DNA of 64,000 nt from Stegostoma tigrinum (Eukaryota), in the NCBI RefSeq assembly GCF_030684315.1, contig NC_081355.1:88365733-88429732 (forward strand). The letters run 5' to 3'. Each line of letters opens with the position of its first letter. Position 1 is the stretch's first letter. Shown here piece by piece: positions 41,501-51,859 of this stretch. Both the position numbers and the translations under genes were made by a program. The notes beneath the pieces are model-generated. The model was not told the DNA's origin. It saw only the letters and a list, made by a program, of their open reading frames with translations, and did no database searches.

Positions 41501-43996
41501 ACAACCTTCCACCACTACCCTTTGCCTTCTGTGGGCAAGCCAATTCTGAATCCACATAGCCAAATGACCGTGGATCCCATGCATCTTAATCTACTGGATG
41601 AGTCTACTATAAGGGGCCTTGTCGACAGCCTTACTAAAAACCATGTAGACAACATTCACTGCTGTACCCTCACTGATCACCTTCATTACTTCCTCAAAAA
41701 TTTCAATGACTGCCCTATTTTTCTAAATCCTATCCCTAAAACTTCTCTAACAGTTTTCCAACCACCAAGGTGAGGTTCACCAGTCTAGAGTTTCCTGCAG
41801 TGTCCCCATTTCCCTTCTTGAAAAGACGAACATTAGCACACACGTAACCAACTGTATTAATGCGTAGTTATTTCAAATTGAAAGTTCTGCTAACCTCCAC
41901 TGCTTGCTCCTCTTTCTCCAGGAATGGAGTAGTGTACATGATGTAGACTGCTACAGTAAAAGTCAGCTAGCAAACACATTAGGAAGGGTTAAGAGGAATA
42001 TGGGGCAAATGGTGGCAAACAAGACTAGATCAGTTTAGAATAGCTGGTCGGCATAGATGAGTTAAGCCAAAGGGTCTGTTTCTGGGCTGTATAACTCGAT
42101 GGCTCTAAATGATGCAGGACTAATTTAACCACACCAGGAACAACAGAATGAATAGATTAAGTGAATTTGAAGATAGTGAAGTCAGAAATAGACACATTAT
42201 GGCGGGGGGGGGGGGGGGGGGTGTAATATTCATTAGAAGAACTTTTGGTCAGTGTGAAATTACTGTACACTATCAGCTCAAAGCACACAGCACATTTTGT
42301 TCTTGCATCTAAAAGAAACACCAAAAGGAAAAATCCAGTTAAGCATCTGTAACAACTGAATACTGAGTACTGGAGCCAACTTGAATGTGATTCAACATGT
42401 AATAAGTTCAAAATAGCACAATCCAAAATCCACTCAAAATGTAACTTTAAAATTATTTCCAATGAAATAAATTTTGAAAAAAGCACTTTGCTTCCACATT
42501 AGAAGAATGATGTACACCTTATGAGAACTAGAATAATTAGAGGTAACCTCACCTTCCAGCTGCTGCAGAAAATATGGACTGAAGATTTTGGCTACAAAAT
42601 TCATGGGAAAGCGTTCTATTAATATACAGGAATGAAGAAGGTTCAACAAAACACGTGGCTGAAATTGTGAAAATCGTCCCCTTAATAAGTTTTCAATCTT
42701 TCTGAAGAGCTGACTTGCATTTGGTGGCAGATAATTCAGCTTGCCAAATGGAATAATTTGTAAGGCAATTTCTTTAGTTGTAAAGTTATCTGAATTGTAA
42801 ACAAAACTCTCAGCGACAGCATCAAATATAGGAAGTGACAGAATTCGCCGTTGGCTGCAGTATTGCATTACTTTGCTGACTGCCTCTGGTTTTAACGAAA
42901 AGGTTTTTTTGGGAATATTTTGCTCCAGAGCATCAGTGAAAAATCTGTCACTGTGTCCAAAGTACATGAGAGCATTCAGTACCACTATGAACTCCTGATC
43001 TGAGAATTCAGGAACATGTCTCACTGAATGTTTACATAGATTAATCACTAAAGGAAGTGCTTGAGTTTGTTTAAGGACAACCATTGCATTGAGTATCTCA
43101 TTTTTGGCTTTACGATTCAACTTGGAAGCTAAATGAAGGGTGTGAGTATTCATTTTGTTCAACAACTGCTGATAATTTCCTCCTTCTCCCGCAGTAGCCC
43201 CCAGCAAATTATAAACCATTATTATCTCTTCAGATGTCCAGTCAACAATTTTGATTCTTTGAATTTCATCCATTACTTGCTTTAACATTCTACACCCTGG
43301 GCCTTCCAAGTCCAGCAAGGCCTTGCCCAACAAACACAAGTCTGTAATGGACATCTGTCCATTGTTAAGCCGCATCTGACATTCTGACAGTAGCCGCGAC
43401 ATGAGTGTGCTCTTTGGGTCCACATACAGTTGAACGTAAGCATATAGAGCAGTTACCAGTCCTGTACTGCTGAGCCTCAAAGACTCATGCTCAAAGTGGA
43501 AGCACAATGCCTTGAATGCCTCATTCTCCAGCAGTGCCCCAGGATCCTTCAGACTACTCCCGTCTCTTTCAATCTGCGATATTCTAAGCAAGGCAGCAGA
43601 AGCCATTGTATCTGTAATGGAACCTGAAGAGTTCAGAAATTTAAAGATGTGCTTTGCAGTTTTACAGTTGTTCAAATGTTCTAAAAACTCCTGTACATTG
43701 GAGAATGTGCGCTGCTTGCTGTCCAAATTAAGGAACTCCCCAGCATTGCCATGGAGACACACTGTTCCCAATGTGGTACCAGGCTGATCTTTGACAATGT
43801 TGTGGTATCCTTTATAGGGAATCTGATGATGCCATCCCTTTGTCGGTCCGACAGACAAAGTGTTGCTATGTTGTGAATACAGAGTTTTGTTCTGGCTTTT
43901 ACAGGAAAACAACCGCTGCTTGACAATTTGTAAAATGTTGTATGCCTGTAAGTCCGGCAAAAGAAAATGAACCACTCTTCGAAGACTTAATGCCAT
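23433..43996 (-). CDS. FASTKD3: FAST kinase domain-containing protein 3, mitochondrial; complete spliced CDS, 6 coding exons, 1989 nt / 662 aa
   Basis: Exons 43996-42553, 37266-37181, 29868-29694, 29042-28973, 23857-23743 and 23531-23433 join in frame. Starts MALSLRR; FAST-domain region PFGKLNYLPPN...LLNLLHSC..ERFP.NF; C-terminal RAP domain IALCIDGQSRFSVNTQNLLGKEAIKQRQLRLLGYDVVQIPFYEF. Head-to-head with MTRR, as in human. Confidence 0.95.
23743..23857 (-). CDS. FASTKD3: FASTKD3 coding exon 5 (RAP domain)
   Basis: IALCIDGQSRFSVNTQNLLGKEAIKQRQLRLLGYDVVQ; donor GTGAGT. Confidence 0.95.
25260..26115 (-). mobile_element. Degenerate CR1-type LINE 3' fragment
   Basis: KANGMLAFIPRGLEYKDTEVMLQLYKTLV..HLEY. 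Confidence 0.8.
26146..26834. repeat. Near-perfect ~124-bp inverted repeat (26146-26269 / 26711-26834)
   Basis: Arms are reverse complements with only a few mismatches; also visible as the same peptide in opposite-strand ORFs 26134..26343 and 26436..26843. Confidence 0.92.
28973..29042 (-). CDS. FASTKD3: FASTKD3 coding exon 4
   Basis: DAEIILDEEGYVLPASQREAVFRR; tttttcAG acceptor, GTGTGA donor. Confidence 0.92.
29694..29868 (-). CDS. FASTKD3: FASTKD3 coding exon 3
   Basis: GPSLPLKYRVKSFITPGRSVESLVDEQLYNKVKNALTDLLGARNYFASRVLTPYGYTL; AG/GT bounded. Confidence 0.94.
29899..30363 (-). mobile_element. Penelope-like element pLTR fragment ending ~30 nt from a FASTKD3 acceptor
   Basis: Same sequence as the 3' part of copies at 8140 and 50915. 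Confidence 0.85.
29999..30026 (-). ncRNA. Hammerhead ribozyme motif, sense to FASTKD3
   Basis: CTGATGA A GGGTCTAGGCCT GAAAC GTC; first stem II pair is G-U. Confidence 0.65.
32950..36165 (+). mobile_element. Near full-length but internally deleted, decayed CR1-clade LINE (HER1-like)
   Basis: ORF1 Cys motif CYSC...HICSKC and SGNH esterase VVHVGTND / DGLHVN; ORF2 APE DLVAITETWL and SDH; RT PQGLVLGPQLFTIYINDL..KFVDGTK; CR1 tail; many stops and frameshifts. Confidence 0.9.
37181..37266 (-). CDS. FASTKD3: FASTKD3 coding exon 2
   Basis: AEGKGFDKFVLAQLTQLFMTMKLECRTYE; donor GTATGA; the acceptor is a tandem AAG-CAG-AAG, so the start may shift by 3 or 6 nt. Confidence 0.9.
37433..37976 (-). mobile_element. 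Penelope-like element 3' fragment (same subfamily as 19690)
   Basis: LGTLQPSGLDIEFNNF; degenerate hammerhead at ~37515-37544. Confidence 0.8.
39107..39346 (+). repeat. 240-bp inverted copy of part of the LINE at 40583-40822
   Basis: High identity to the reverse complement, colinear over the full length. Confidence 0.88.
40490..41825 (-). mobile_element. CR1-type LINE 3' part (RT C-terminus and tail)
   Basis: 208-aa ORF MEFNLGKCEVLHF...RPHLEYCVQFRSPHYRKD...RLRGDLIEV. Confidence 0.9.
42204..42221 (+). repeat. Poly-G run (18 nt)
   Basis: Direct observation. Confidence 0.9.
42553..43996 (-). CDS. FASTKD3: FASTKD3 large first coding exon (exon starts 44023; ATG 43996)
   Basis: The 529-aa ORF in the track; acceptor tctttttctaacAG upstream of 44023; donor GAAG|GTGAGG after ...YFLQQLE. 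Confidence 0.96.
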
Positions 43997-44226
43997 AGCA
44001 GCTTCAGCAATGTTACTCGTCACCTGTTAGAAAAAGACTGAAGGTCAGGGACAGCCACAAGTTCGCACTGTAGTGAATTGCTAATTTTAAGGTTGAAAAC
44101 TGTGTAAATCACATTCAGCATTTGCAATGAAGGGTGAAGAATACCACAAACATTTTAAACCCTTGTTTAAATGATTCCCACAACTAAGACCTCCATGAAT
44201 AAACACTGACACCAATGACTGTATTA

Positions 44227-44403
44227 GAGATAATGGGAACTGCAGATGCTGGAGAATCCGAGATAACAAGGTGTTGGGCTGGATGAACACAGCAGGCCAA
44301 GCAGCATCTCAGGAGCACAAGGTCTAGGCCCGAAACGTCAGCTTTTGTGCTCCTGAGATGCTGCTTGTCCTGCTGTGTTCATCCAGCTCCACACTTTGTT
44401 ATC
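44227..44403. mobile_element. PLE pLTR fold-back (arms 44262-44320 / 44345-44403)
   Basis: Inverted arms around a truncated hammerhead (GGTCTAGGCCCGAAACGTC); flanking repeat CACTGACACCA(A/G)TGA at 44204 and 44403. Confidence 0.85.
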
Positions 44404-44489
44404 ACTGACACCAGTGAGGTTAATTTTCTCACATTAACCTGATGTAAAACTTCCAGTAAACACTACTTACTGTGGGGTTAAATCTGACA

Positions 44490-45210
44490 GACTCAGGCCC
44501 TCGATGGCAGACTCAGCTGCTGACTTAAACTACCTGTGCCTCTCCCTTTTAGCCGGGCCAGCCGGAAAGAGGTGGCGGGGGGCGACTCCAGGGAGAGGGT
44601 CGGGGCCTGTCCCACACCGAGAGTGACCTCCCCGCGGCCTAACACCGGGCCTCGGCTTCTTATTACCCTCCTGCCCCAGGGAGACTGGACCCTGGGCTTC
44701 TCCTCCTCCTCATAATCCACCCCCCCCCTCTAATCTCATCCCCCCCCCTCTAATCTCATCCCCTTTCACACTCACTCCATCATCCTCTTTCTCCTTTCTC
44801 TCCCTCTCCACGCCAATGGTACAGGAAGTCCTCTGTGAGTAAACCACAGCGTGGCCGACCGAGCACTTTCCCAGAGTTACTGTAAACTCCCAGTTAATTG
44901 ACTCTGTGAAGGGCCTCCGTTCCTGGCAGTGACCACACCCTCAGAAATAGTCAGATAGGCTTCCCTTAACATCCACGCCTTTATCATGCTTTTACAGTTT
45001 CCCATAAATTTGTATTTGCATTGCAAAATCCATGTCACTTAAATCAAAGTATTGTAACAGTACAGCTGAGTATGGGGTGCACCATAAGGCAATTCAATAT
45101 TCCTTTATGGAGCTGCAGACCAAGACCGATGTCCTTGCAATGCGTTCTCCTACTTCTGGCGAGGAGTAGCGGGAGAACACAAACTGAACCGCTCAGCAGC
45201 TAGCCCTCCT
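44490..45210 (-). promoter_or_regulatory. GC/CpG-rich region, probable FASTKD3 promoter and non-coding first exon (candidate donor GA|GTGAGT at 44775)
   Basis: CpG-rich patch 0.5-1.2 kb upstream of the first coding exon, with CCAAT and ACAGGAAGT (ETS-like) motifs; exon boundaries not certain. Confidence 0.5.
44721..44760 (+). repeat. Exact 20-bp tandem duplication CCCCCCCCTCTAATCTCATC x2
   Basis: Direct observation. Confidence 0.9.
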
Positions 45211-45237
45211 TTCTGCCCTAGCTTAATGTCTTAGATA

Positions 45238-48000
45238 ATGTGCTATAGGAAGGATGTTGTGAAACTTGAAGGGATTCAGAAAAGATTTACAAAGATGTTG
45301 TCAAGGTTGGAAGGTTTGAGCTATTGGGAGAGGCTGAATAGGCTGGGGCTATTTTCCCTGGCACGTTGGAGCCTGAGGGCTGACCTTATAGAGGTTTACA
45401 AAATCATTAGAGGCATGAATAGGTTAAATAGAGAAGGTCTTTTCCCTGGGGTGGGGGAGTCCAAAACTAGGGGGCATAGGTTTAAGGTGAGAGGGGAAAT
45501 ATTTAAAAGGGACCTGAGGGGCAACATTTTCATGCAGAGGGTGGTGCTTGTATGGAATGTGTTGCCAGAGGAATGAATAGAAGTTGGTACAGCTACAACA
45601 TTCAAAAAGCATCTGGATGGGTATATTGATATGAAGTGTTTAGAGGGATATGGGCAATATGCTGCCAAATGGGACTAGATTTATTTAGGATATCTGGTCA
45701 GCATAGACAGGTTGGACTGTTTCTGTACTGTATATCTCTATGACTATGATGGTGTGTCACTTTCTTGAACTGCTGCAGAATATAGGATTTAGGCACACTC
45801 ATAGTGCTGTTAGGAAGGGAATTCCAGGATTTTTACCCATCAGTCTATTCTTGATCATCTATAAAGTGATGGAAAGACTCAGCAACAGTGCTCTCAAGCA
45901 GTACCTGCTCAGTGATGCCCAGTTTGGGTCTTGCCACAGCTATGCAGCTCCTGGCATCATTACAGCCTTGTTTCAAACACGGTCAAAAGAGCTGAATTCC
46001 AGAGGTGAGGTGAGAGTGATTTCCCTTGACATGAAGGGCATCATTTGACCAAGAAGTGCTAGGAATAACTTGAGTCAATGGAAATCAGGGGAAAGAGCCA
46101 TACTTCATACAAAGGAAGATAACTGTTGGAGGTCAGTCATCTCAGAGCCAGGATATCTTCACAATAGTTCCTCAGGGGAGTGTGCTAGGCCCAACCATCT
46201 TCAGTTGCTTCATCAATGACTTTCCCTTCAATAGTAGAAGCAGGGATGTTTATATCAAATTTATCAGCCAGGACCCCCACAATTTCTTCTCTAGCCTCTT
46301 GCAGGGTTCTTGGATATATCTGATCAGGATCAGGAGATTTATCCACCTTCATACGTTTTAGTACTTCCAACACCTCCTCTAAAGTAATATGGACTGTCTC
46401 CAAGATATTGCCACTAGCTTCCCCAAGTTCACAAGTCTTCATGACTTTCTCCACAGTAAACACAGAGGAGAAATATTCATTAAGGACCTTGCCCATCTTC
46501 TGCGGTTCCACTGTCCACTTTGGTCCTTGAGGGGTCCTATTCTCACTCTAGTTATTCTTTTCCCTTTAATATACTTAAATAATCTCTTAGGATTCACCCT
46601 AATCTTCTCAGCCAAAGCTATCTTGTGCCCTCTTTTTGCCTTCCCGATTTCCTTCTTCAGTAGACTCCTGTATCCCCCATATATCTCCAGGGATTCCCTT
46701 GATCCAAGCTGCCTGTTCCTGAGCCATGTCTCCTTTTTTCTGGTCAAAGCCTCAATATCTCTTGTCACCCAGTGTTGTCTAATACTGCTAACCTTGCCCT
46801 TCACCCTCACAGGAACATATAGACCTTAAACTCTAGCTATCACACTTTTAAAGGCCTCCCACTTACAACCACTTAAATAAGCAGTATCACAGACGGTGAG
46901 AAAGGTTATCAGAAATTGCAGCAGGATCTTGATCAGCTGGGGAAATGGACCGAGAAATGGCAAATGGTGATAAGTGTGAGTGTGTTGCATTTTGGAAAGT
47001 CAAGTCAAGGTAGGAGCTTCATGGTGAATGGTAGGGCCTTAAGGAGTGTAGTGGAACACAGGGACCTTGGAATTCAGGTGCATGGCTCTCTGAAAGTGGA
47101 GTTACAGGTAGACAGGGCAGTGAAGAAGGCTTTTGGTACACTAGCCTTCATCAGTCAGGGCACTAAGTACAGAAGTTGGGAAGTTATGTTGTAGTTGTAC
47201 AGGACACTGGTGAGGCCACACTTGGAGTGCTGTGTGCAGTTTTTTGTCATCTTGCTATAGGCAGAGTGTTATTAAACTAGAAAGAGTGCAGAAGAAATTT
47301 ACAAGGATGTTGCCAGGACTCAAGGGACTGAGTTATTGGAGAAGTTGTACAAGCAAGGACTTTTATTTAGAACATAGGAGACTGAGGAGGGGATCTTTGA
47401 TAAGTGTATAAGTTCATAAGAGGCATGGATAAGATGAATGCACGCAGTCTTTTTCCTAAGGTTGAGGAATCTAGGATTAGAGGGCATCAGTTTAAGGTAA
47501 GATGGGAAAGAATACATGGGAACCTGAGGGGCAACATTTTTACACTGAAGGTGGTACACATATAGAATGAGCTGCCAGCAGAAGTAGTTGAGGCAGGTAC
47601 ATAAAAAACTTGTTTAAAAGGCATTTGGACAAATACATGGATAGGAAAGGTTCAAGGATATGGGCCAAGTTCAGGGAAATAGGGTTACTGTTGACGGACA
47701 TTTTGGTCGGCTTGGACCAGTTTGGGCCAAAGGATCTGTCTCTGTGCTGTCGGACTCTATGACTCTATGTTTGCTGACGATTACAAAATGTTCAGCACAT
47801 TTGTGACTCTTTAGATACTGAAGTAGTCCATGACCAAGGGAAACAAGACCAGGACAATATCCGAATTTGTGCTGACAAATAGCAAGTAACATTTGCACAA
47901 GTGCAAGGCAACAACCATCTCTAAAAAGAGAGAATTTAACCATCAGTCCTGGACATTCGATGGTATTACTGTCACCAAATCCCCATTGTCAACATCCTGA
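45238..48000. mobile_element. Cluster of nested CR1-type LINE fragments (45238-45747 +, 46255-46865 -, 46890-47770 +) inside an older LINE
   Basis: Peptides YRKDVVKLEGIQKRFT, LNEYFSSVFTVE..KSPDPDQIYPR, LQQDLDQLGKW; the interrupted LINE resumes at ~47770. Confidence 0.85.
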
Positions 48001-48365
48001 GGGTAACCGTAAATATTAGGATGATCACTTGGACAAGTAACTGGTCAGCAACCATAGAATACTGTTAGTTTCTGCCTTCATGAGAGGTGCGTAGTTAATT
48101 TCAAAGATAAGTAAGTTTTTTAAATTCATTTATTCACAGGATGAGGGCATCACTGGCGAGGCAACATTTATTGCCCACTCCCATTGCCCAGAGGGCTTTT
48201 AAGAATCAACCACATTGCTGTGGATCTGGAGTCACATGTAGGCCAGACCAAGTCAGGATGGCATCAGTGATAATGGGAACTGCAGATGCTGGAGAATCCA
48301 AGATAGTAAAACATGAGGCTGGATGAACACAGCAGGCCCAGCAGCATCTCAGGAGCACAAAAGCT

Positions 48366-48393
48366 GACGTTTCGGGCCTAGACCCTTCATCAG
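48366..48393 (-). ncRNA. Hammerhead ribozyme motif (intact core)
   Basis: CTGATGA A GGGTCTAGGCCC GAAAC GTC on the - strand. Confidence 0.75.
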
Positions 48394-48843
48394 AGAGGGG
48401 GATGGGGTGAGGGTTCTGGAATAAATAGGGAGAGAGGGGGAGGCGGACCGAAGATGGAGAGAAAAGAAGATAGGTGGAGAGGAAGAGATTACAAGAGAGT
48501 TGCAGTGGGAGAGAGATTCCCTGAGGTTGGTCCGGAGGGAGGAGGGTAACTTCTTCAGGTTAGGCATCTGGAATAAATAGGGAGATTTTATTATCTTGGA
48601 TTCTCCAGCATCTGCAGTTCCCATTATCACTGATACAATTTTAACCTCACTGCGAAGCCTCTTCCAGGGATGCCTAACCTGAAGAAGTTACCCTCCTCCC
48701 TCCGGACCAACCTCAGGGAATCTCTCTCCCACTGCAACTCTCTTGTAATCTCTTCCTCTCCACCTATCTTCTTTTCTCTCTATCTTCGGTCCTCCTCCCC
48801 CTCTCTCCCTATTTATTCCAGAACCCTCACCCCATTCCCCTCT

Positions 48844-48871
48844 CTGATGAAGGGTCTAGGCCCGAAACATC
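48844..48871 (+). ncRNA. Hammerhead ribozyme motif (AUC variant)
   Basis: CTGATGA A GGGTCTAGGCCC GAAAC ATC. Confidence 0.65.
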
Positions 48872-49182
48872 AGTTTTTGTGCTCCTGAGATGCTGCTGGG
48901 CCTGCTGTGTTCATCCAGCCTCACATTTTATTATTTTGGATTCTCCAGCATCTGCAGTTCCCATTATCACTGATACAATTTTAACCTCACGCGAAGCCTC
49001 TTCCAGGGATGCCTAACCTGAAGAAGTTACCCTCCTCCCTCCGGACCAACCTCAGGGAATCTCTCTCCCACTGCAACTCTCTTGTAATCTCTTCCTCTCC
49101 ACCTATCTTCTTTTCTCTCCATCTTCAGTCCGCCTCCCCCTCTCTCCCTATTTATTCCAGAACCCTCACCCCATCCCCCTCT

Positions 49183-49210
49183 CTGATGAAGGGTCTAGGC
49201 CTGAAACGTC
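49183..49210 (+). ncRNA. Hammerhead ribozyme motif
   Basis: CTGATGA A GGGTCTAGGCCT GAAAC GTC. Confidence 0.65.
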
Positions 49211-50914
49211 AGTTTTTGTGCTCCTGAGATGCTGTTGGGCCTGCTGTGTTCATCCAGCCTCACATTTTATTATCCAGGTCAGGATGGCAGTCTCCTTCTC
49301 TAAAAGACATCAGTAAACCAGATGGGTTTTTCCCAATAATTGGCAATGGATTCACGGTCATCATTAGACTCATAATTCCAGATATTTATTGAATTCAAAT
49401 TCCAACATCTGTCATGGCAGGACTTGAAGCTGGGTCCCCGGAACATTACCTGGGTCTCTGGATTAACAGTCCAGCGATAATACCATCACCTCCCTAAAGA
49501 GGCACATGTACTTGGAAGGTCATAACAATCAACAACTGTAGTTTAAAGTCACAAACCAAAAATGGACTTTCACCAGTTAGATTAAAAGTAAGTGTATATC
49601 TCATTTAAGAAATCAGACATGTGTGTGTCTCTGGTCAGCAATGATAAGTAAAACCACGTCACACATCTATGTGCTGAGGTGATAAAAACATATCTGAAAC
49701 ATTTTAAAAGAACATCACGTTCAAGTTCTCACTTTACCAGATCATGGTTCAGTGTTTACTGGATTTGAATTTTTTATGCAAAAATTGCGTAAAAAGCAAT
49801 GTTACCAATGTAAGTAGATCATTTTATTTTTAATTTTATTTGCAATTATTAATAAATTAGTGCAGAAAATGAAATCAGTAATATGCATCTATATGCACAA
49901 TTACCTTATATAAAGGTCCTTACAATGCCACAGCAGTGAAATTAGTAAATTAAACACCATAGAAAGTTATTCATTAATTAAACACCATAGAAGGCTAGGG
50001 CAGATACTTAATGGTTAAGGATCATTTCAATCATGAGATTTATATCCTTGCTTTGTCAGTCAACACCTCAGTCCATAAACGGAAAGTTTTAAAGAACTAA
50101 ATCTGAATTGCTGAATTGTGCTTAGAGGTGATTTACATATCTGTAATGTTTTGTTTTATATCCTTCTTTTGTGTCTCCTGTCTCTTAATTCAATCTCTTT
50201 GCTATCTCTCTATGTTTCTATGATGTAAATATTTTAATAGTAATTTCCTATTTCCTTCTTAGTCGTTCCTCTGTTTCTTTGCCTAACCTTTAATTTGTTA
50301 AGGAGATAGGTGATTGGTCCCATCATTCACCAAAGTTCAAGGTGCCCTATTACTTCCTTGTATTGCTATCACCTTGACTTTGCCATCGTTAATGCCAAAG
50401 AATGAAGGGAAAGACCGAACGAACAGAGCATGCTGTCTCACTGCTGATGAAGTTAGGAGCTGAATGACACTGGCAAAATCCAAATTGAAGTTCTGAAGAA
50501 AAGTCATAACTCTTTTTCTCCATCCATAGATGGTGCCCAACCAGCTGATATCCTCCAATACTTTATTTCTATTTAAATTTTCCAGAATTTGCAACACCTT
50601 GCTTTTATTGTAGTGCATTTGTGTTCATTTTCCCTGTGTTCTTGAGAGTCAGAGTCTAGACCTATACAGCATGGAAACAGGCCTTTCATCCAAAAGTGGA
50701 CCATGCTGCCCACTCAGCTAGTTCCAATTGCCAACATTGGTCCATATCCCTCTCAGCCCTTCCCATCCATGTACCTAACCAAATGCTTTTTAAATGTTTC
50801 TATTGTACCTGGCTTAACCACTTTCTCTGGCAGCCCATTCTATATACACATCATTCTAAGAGTGAAGAAGTTGCCCCTCAGCTCCTTCTTAAATCTTTCC
50901 CCTCTCATCTTAAA

Positions 50915-51614
50915 GGGGAAACCAAGCGGAGGCTGGGAGACTGCTTTGCAGAACACCTCCGCTCGTTTCGCAATAAACAACTGCACCTCCCAGTCGCGAA
51001 CCATTTCAACTCCCCCTCCCATTCCTCAGAGGACATGTGCATCCTGGGCCTCCTGCAGTGCCACGATGATGCCACCCGAAGGTTGCAGGAACAGCAACTC
51101 ATATTCCGCTTGGGAACCCTGCAGCCCAATGGTATCAATGTGGACTTCACAAGCTTCAAATTCTCCCCTCCCGCCACGGCATCCAAAAGCCAGCCCAGCT
51201 CGTCCCCGCCTCCCTAACCTGTTATTCCTCTCACCTATCCCCTCCTCCCACCTCAAGCCCCACACCCATTTCCTACCCACTAACTTCATCCCGCCCTCTT
51301 GATCAGTCCATCCTCCCCGGACTGACCTATGCCCTCCCTACCACGCCACCTACACTCAACTTTACTGACTCCATCCCTACCTCTTTAGCTTGTCTGTCTC
51401 CTCTCCACCTATCTTCCCCTCTATCCATATTCTATCAGCCTCCCCCTCTCTCCCTATTTATTTCAGAACCCCTTTCCCCTCCTGCATTTCTGATGAACGG
51501 TCTAGGCCCGAAACGTCAGCTTTTCCACTCCTAACATGCTGCTTGGCCTGCTGTGTTCATCCAGCTCTGCACCTTGTTATCTCAGATTCTCCAGCATCTG
51601 CAGTTCCTATTATC
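50915..51614 (+). mobile_element. 5'-truncated Penelope-like element inserted in a CR1 tail
   Basis: [17 protein letters not shown]...PVANHFN...[21 protein letters not shown]; flanking TCTTAAA repeat (50908 / 51615); hammerhead motif at 51490-51517. Confidence 0.9.
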
Positions 51615-51859
51615 TCTTAAACTCTATGCCCTCTTGTTTTTAATTCCCTGTCCCTGAGAATTCACGAAAGAGCAGCGCTTGGAAAACTGTGATTTCAAAT
51701 AAGCCTGAAGGACTATACCTGGTGTTCAGAAGTTCTGGGTTCAAGTCTCAATTGCCTCAGTGGTGTGTCACAACATGCCTTTCCAGGTTGATTGAAAATA
51801 ATAAACACTGGCGGCAGAGATGCCTGAAAGTAAAATTCAGTTCAGTACTCTTTATGGAT

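Larger units (their letters stand above)
48264..49273 (+). mobile_element. Non-autonomous PLE-derived, hammerhead-containing tandem element (retrozyme-like): one inverted partial unit + two direct 340/339-nt units
   Basis: Inverted copy 48264-48568; direct units start at 48586, 48926 and 49265 (9-nt stub); 16-bp TSD CCA(A/G)GTCAGGATGGCA at 48248-48263 and 49274-49289. Confidence 0.85.

Noticed and set aside
42434-44023. 529-aa ORF as a single-exon gene starting at GTG
   Set aside because: The GTG is just the first codon after the splice acceptor and the tail runs into the intron; the real CDS is ATG 43996 to donor 42553.
48349-49227. Three repeated small ORFs (MPNLKKLPSSLRTNLRESLSHC...) as a peptide gene family
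   Set aside because: They are a by-product of the tandem/inverted repeat unit, with no evidence of coding selection; translation from a circular RNA cannot be excluded.
48586-49273. CRISPR-like or satellite array
   Set aside because: Only two long units, no spacers, eukaryotic context, and flanked by a retrotransposition-type TSD.
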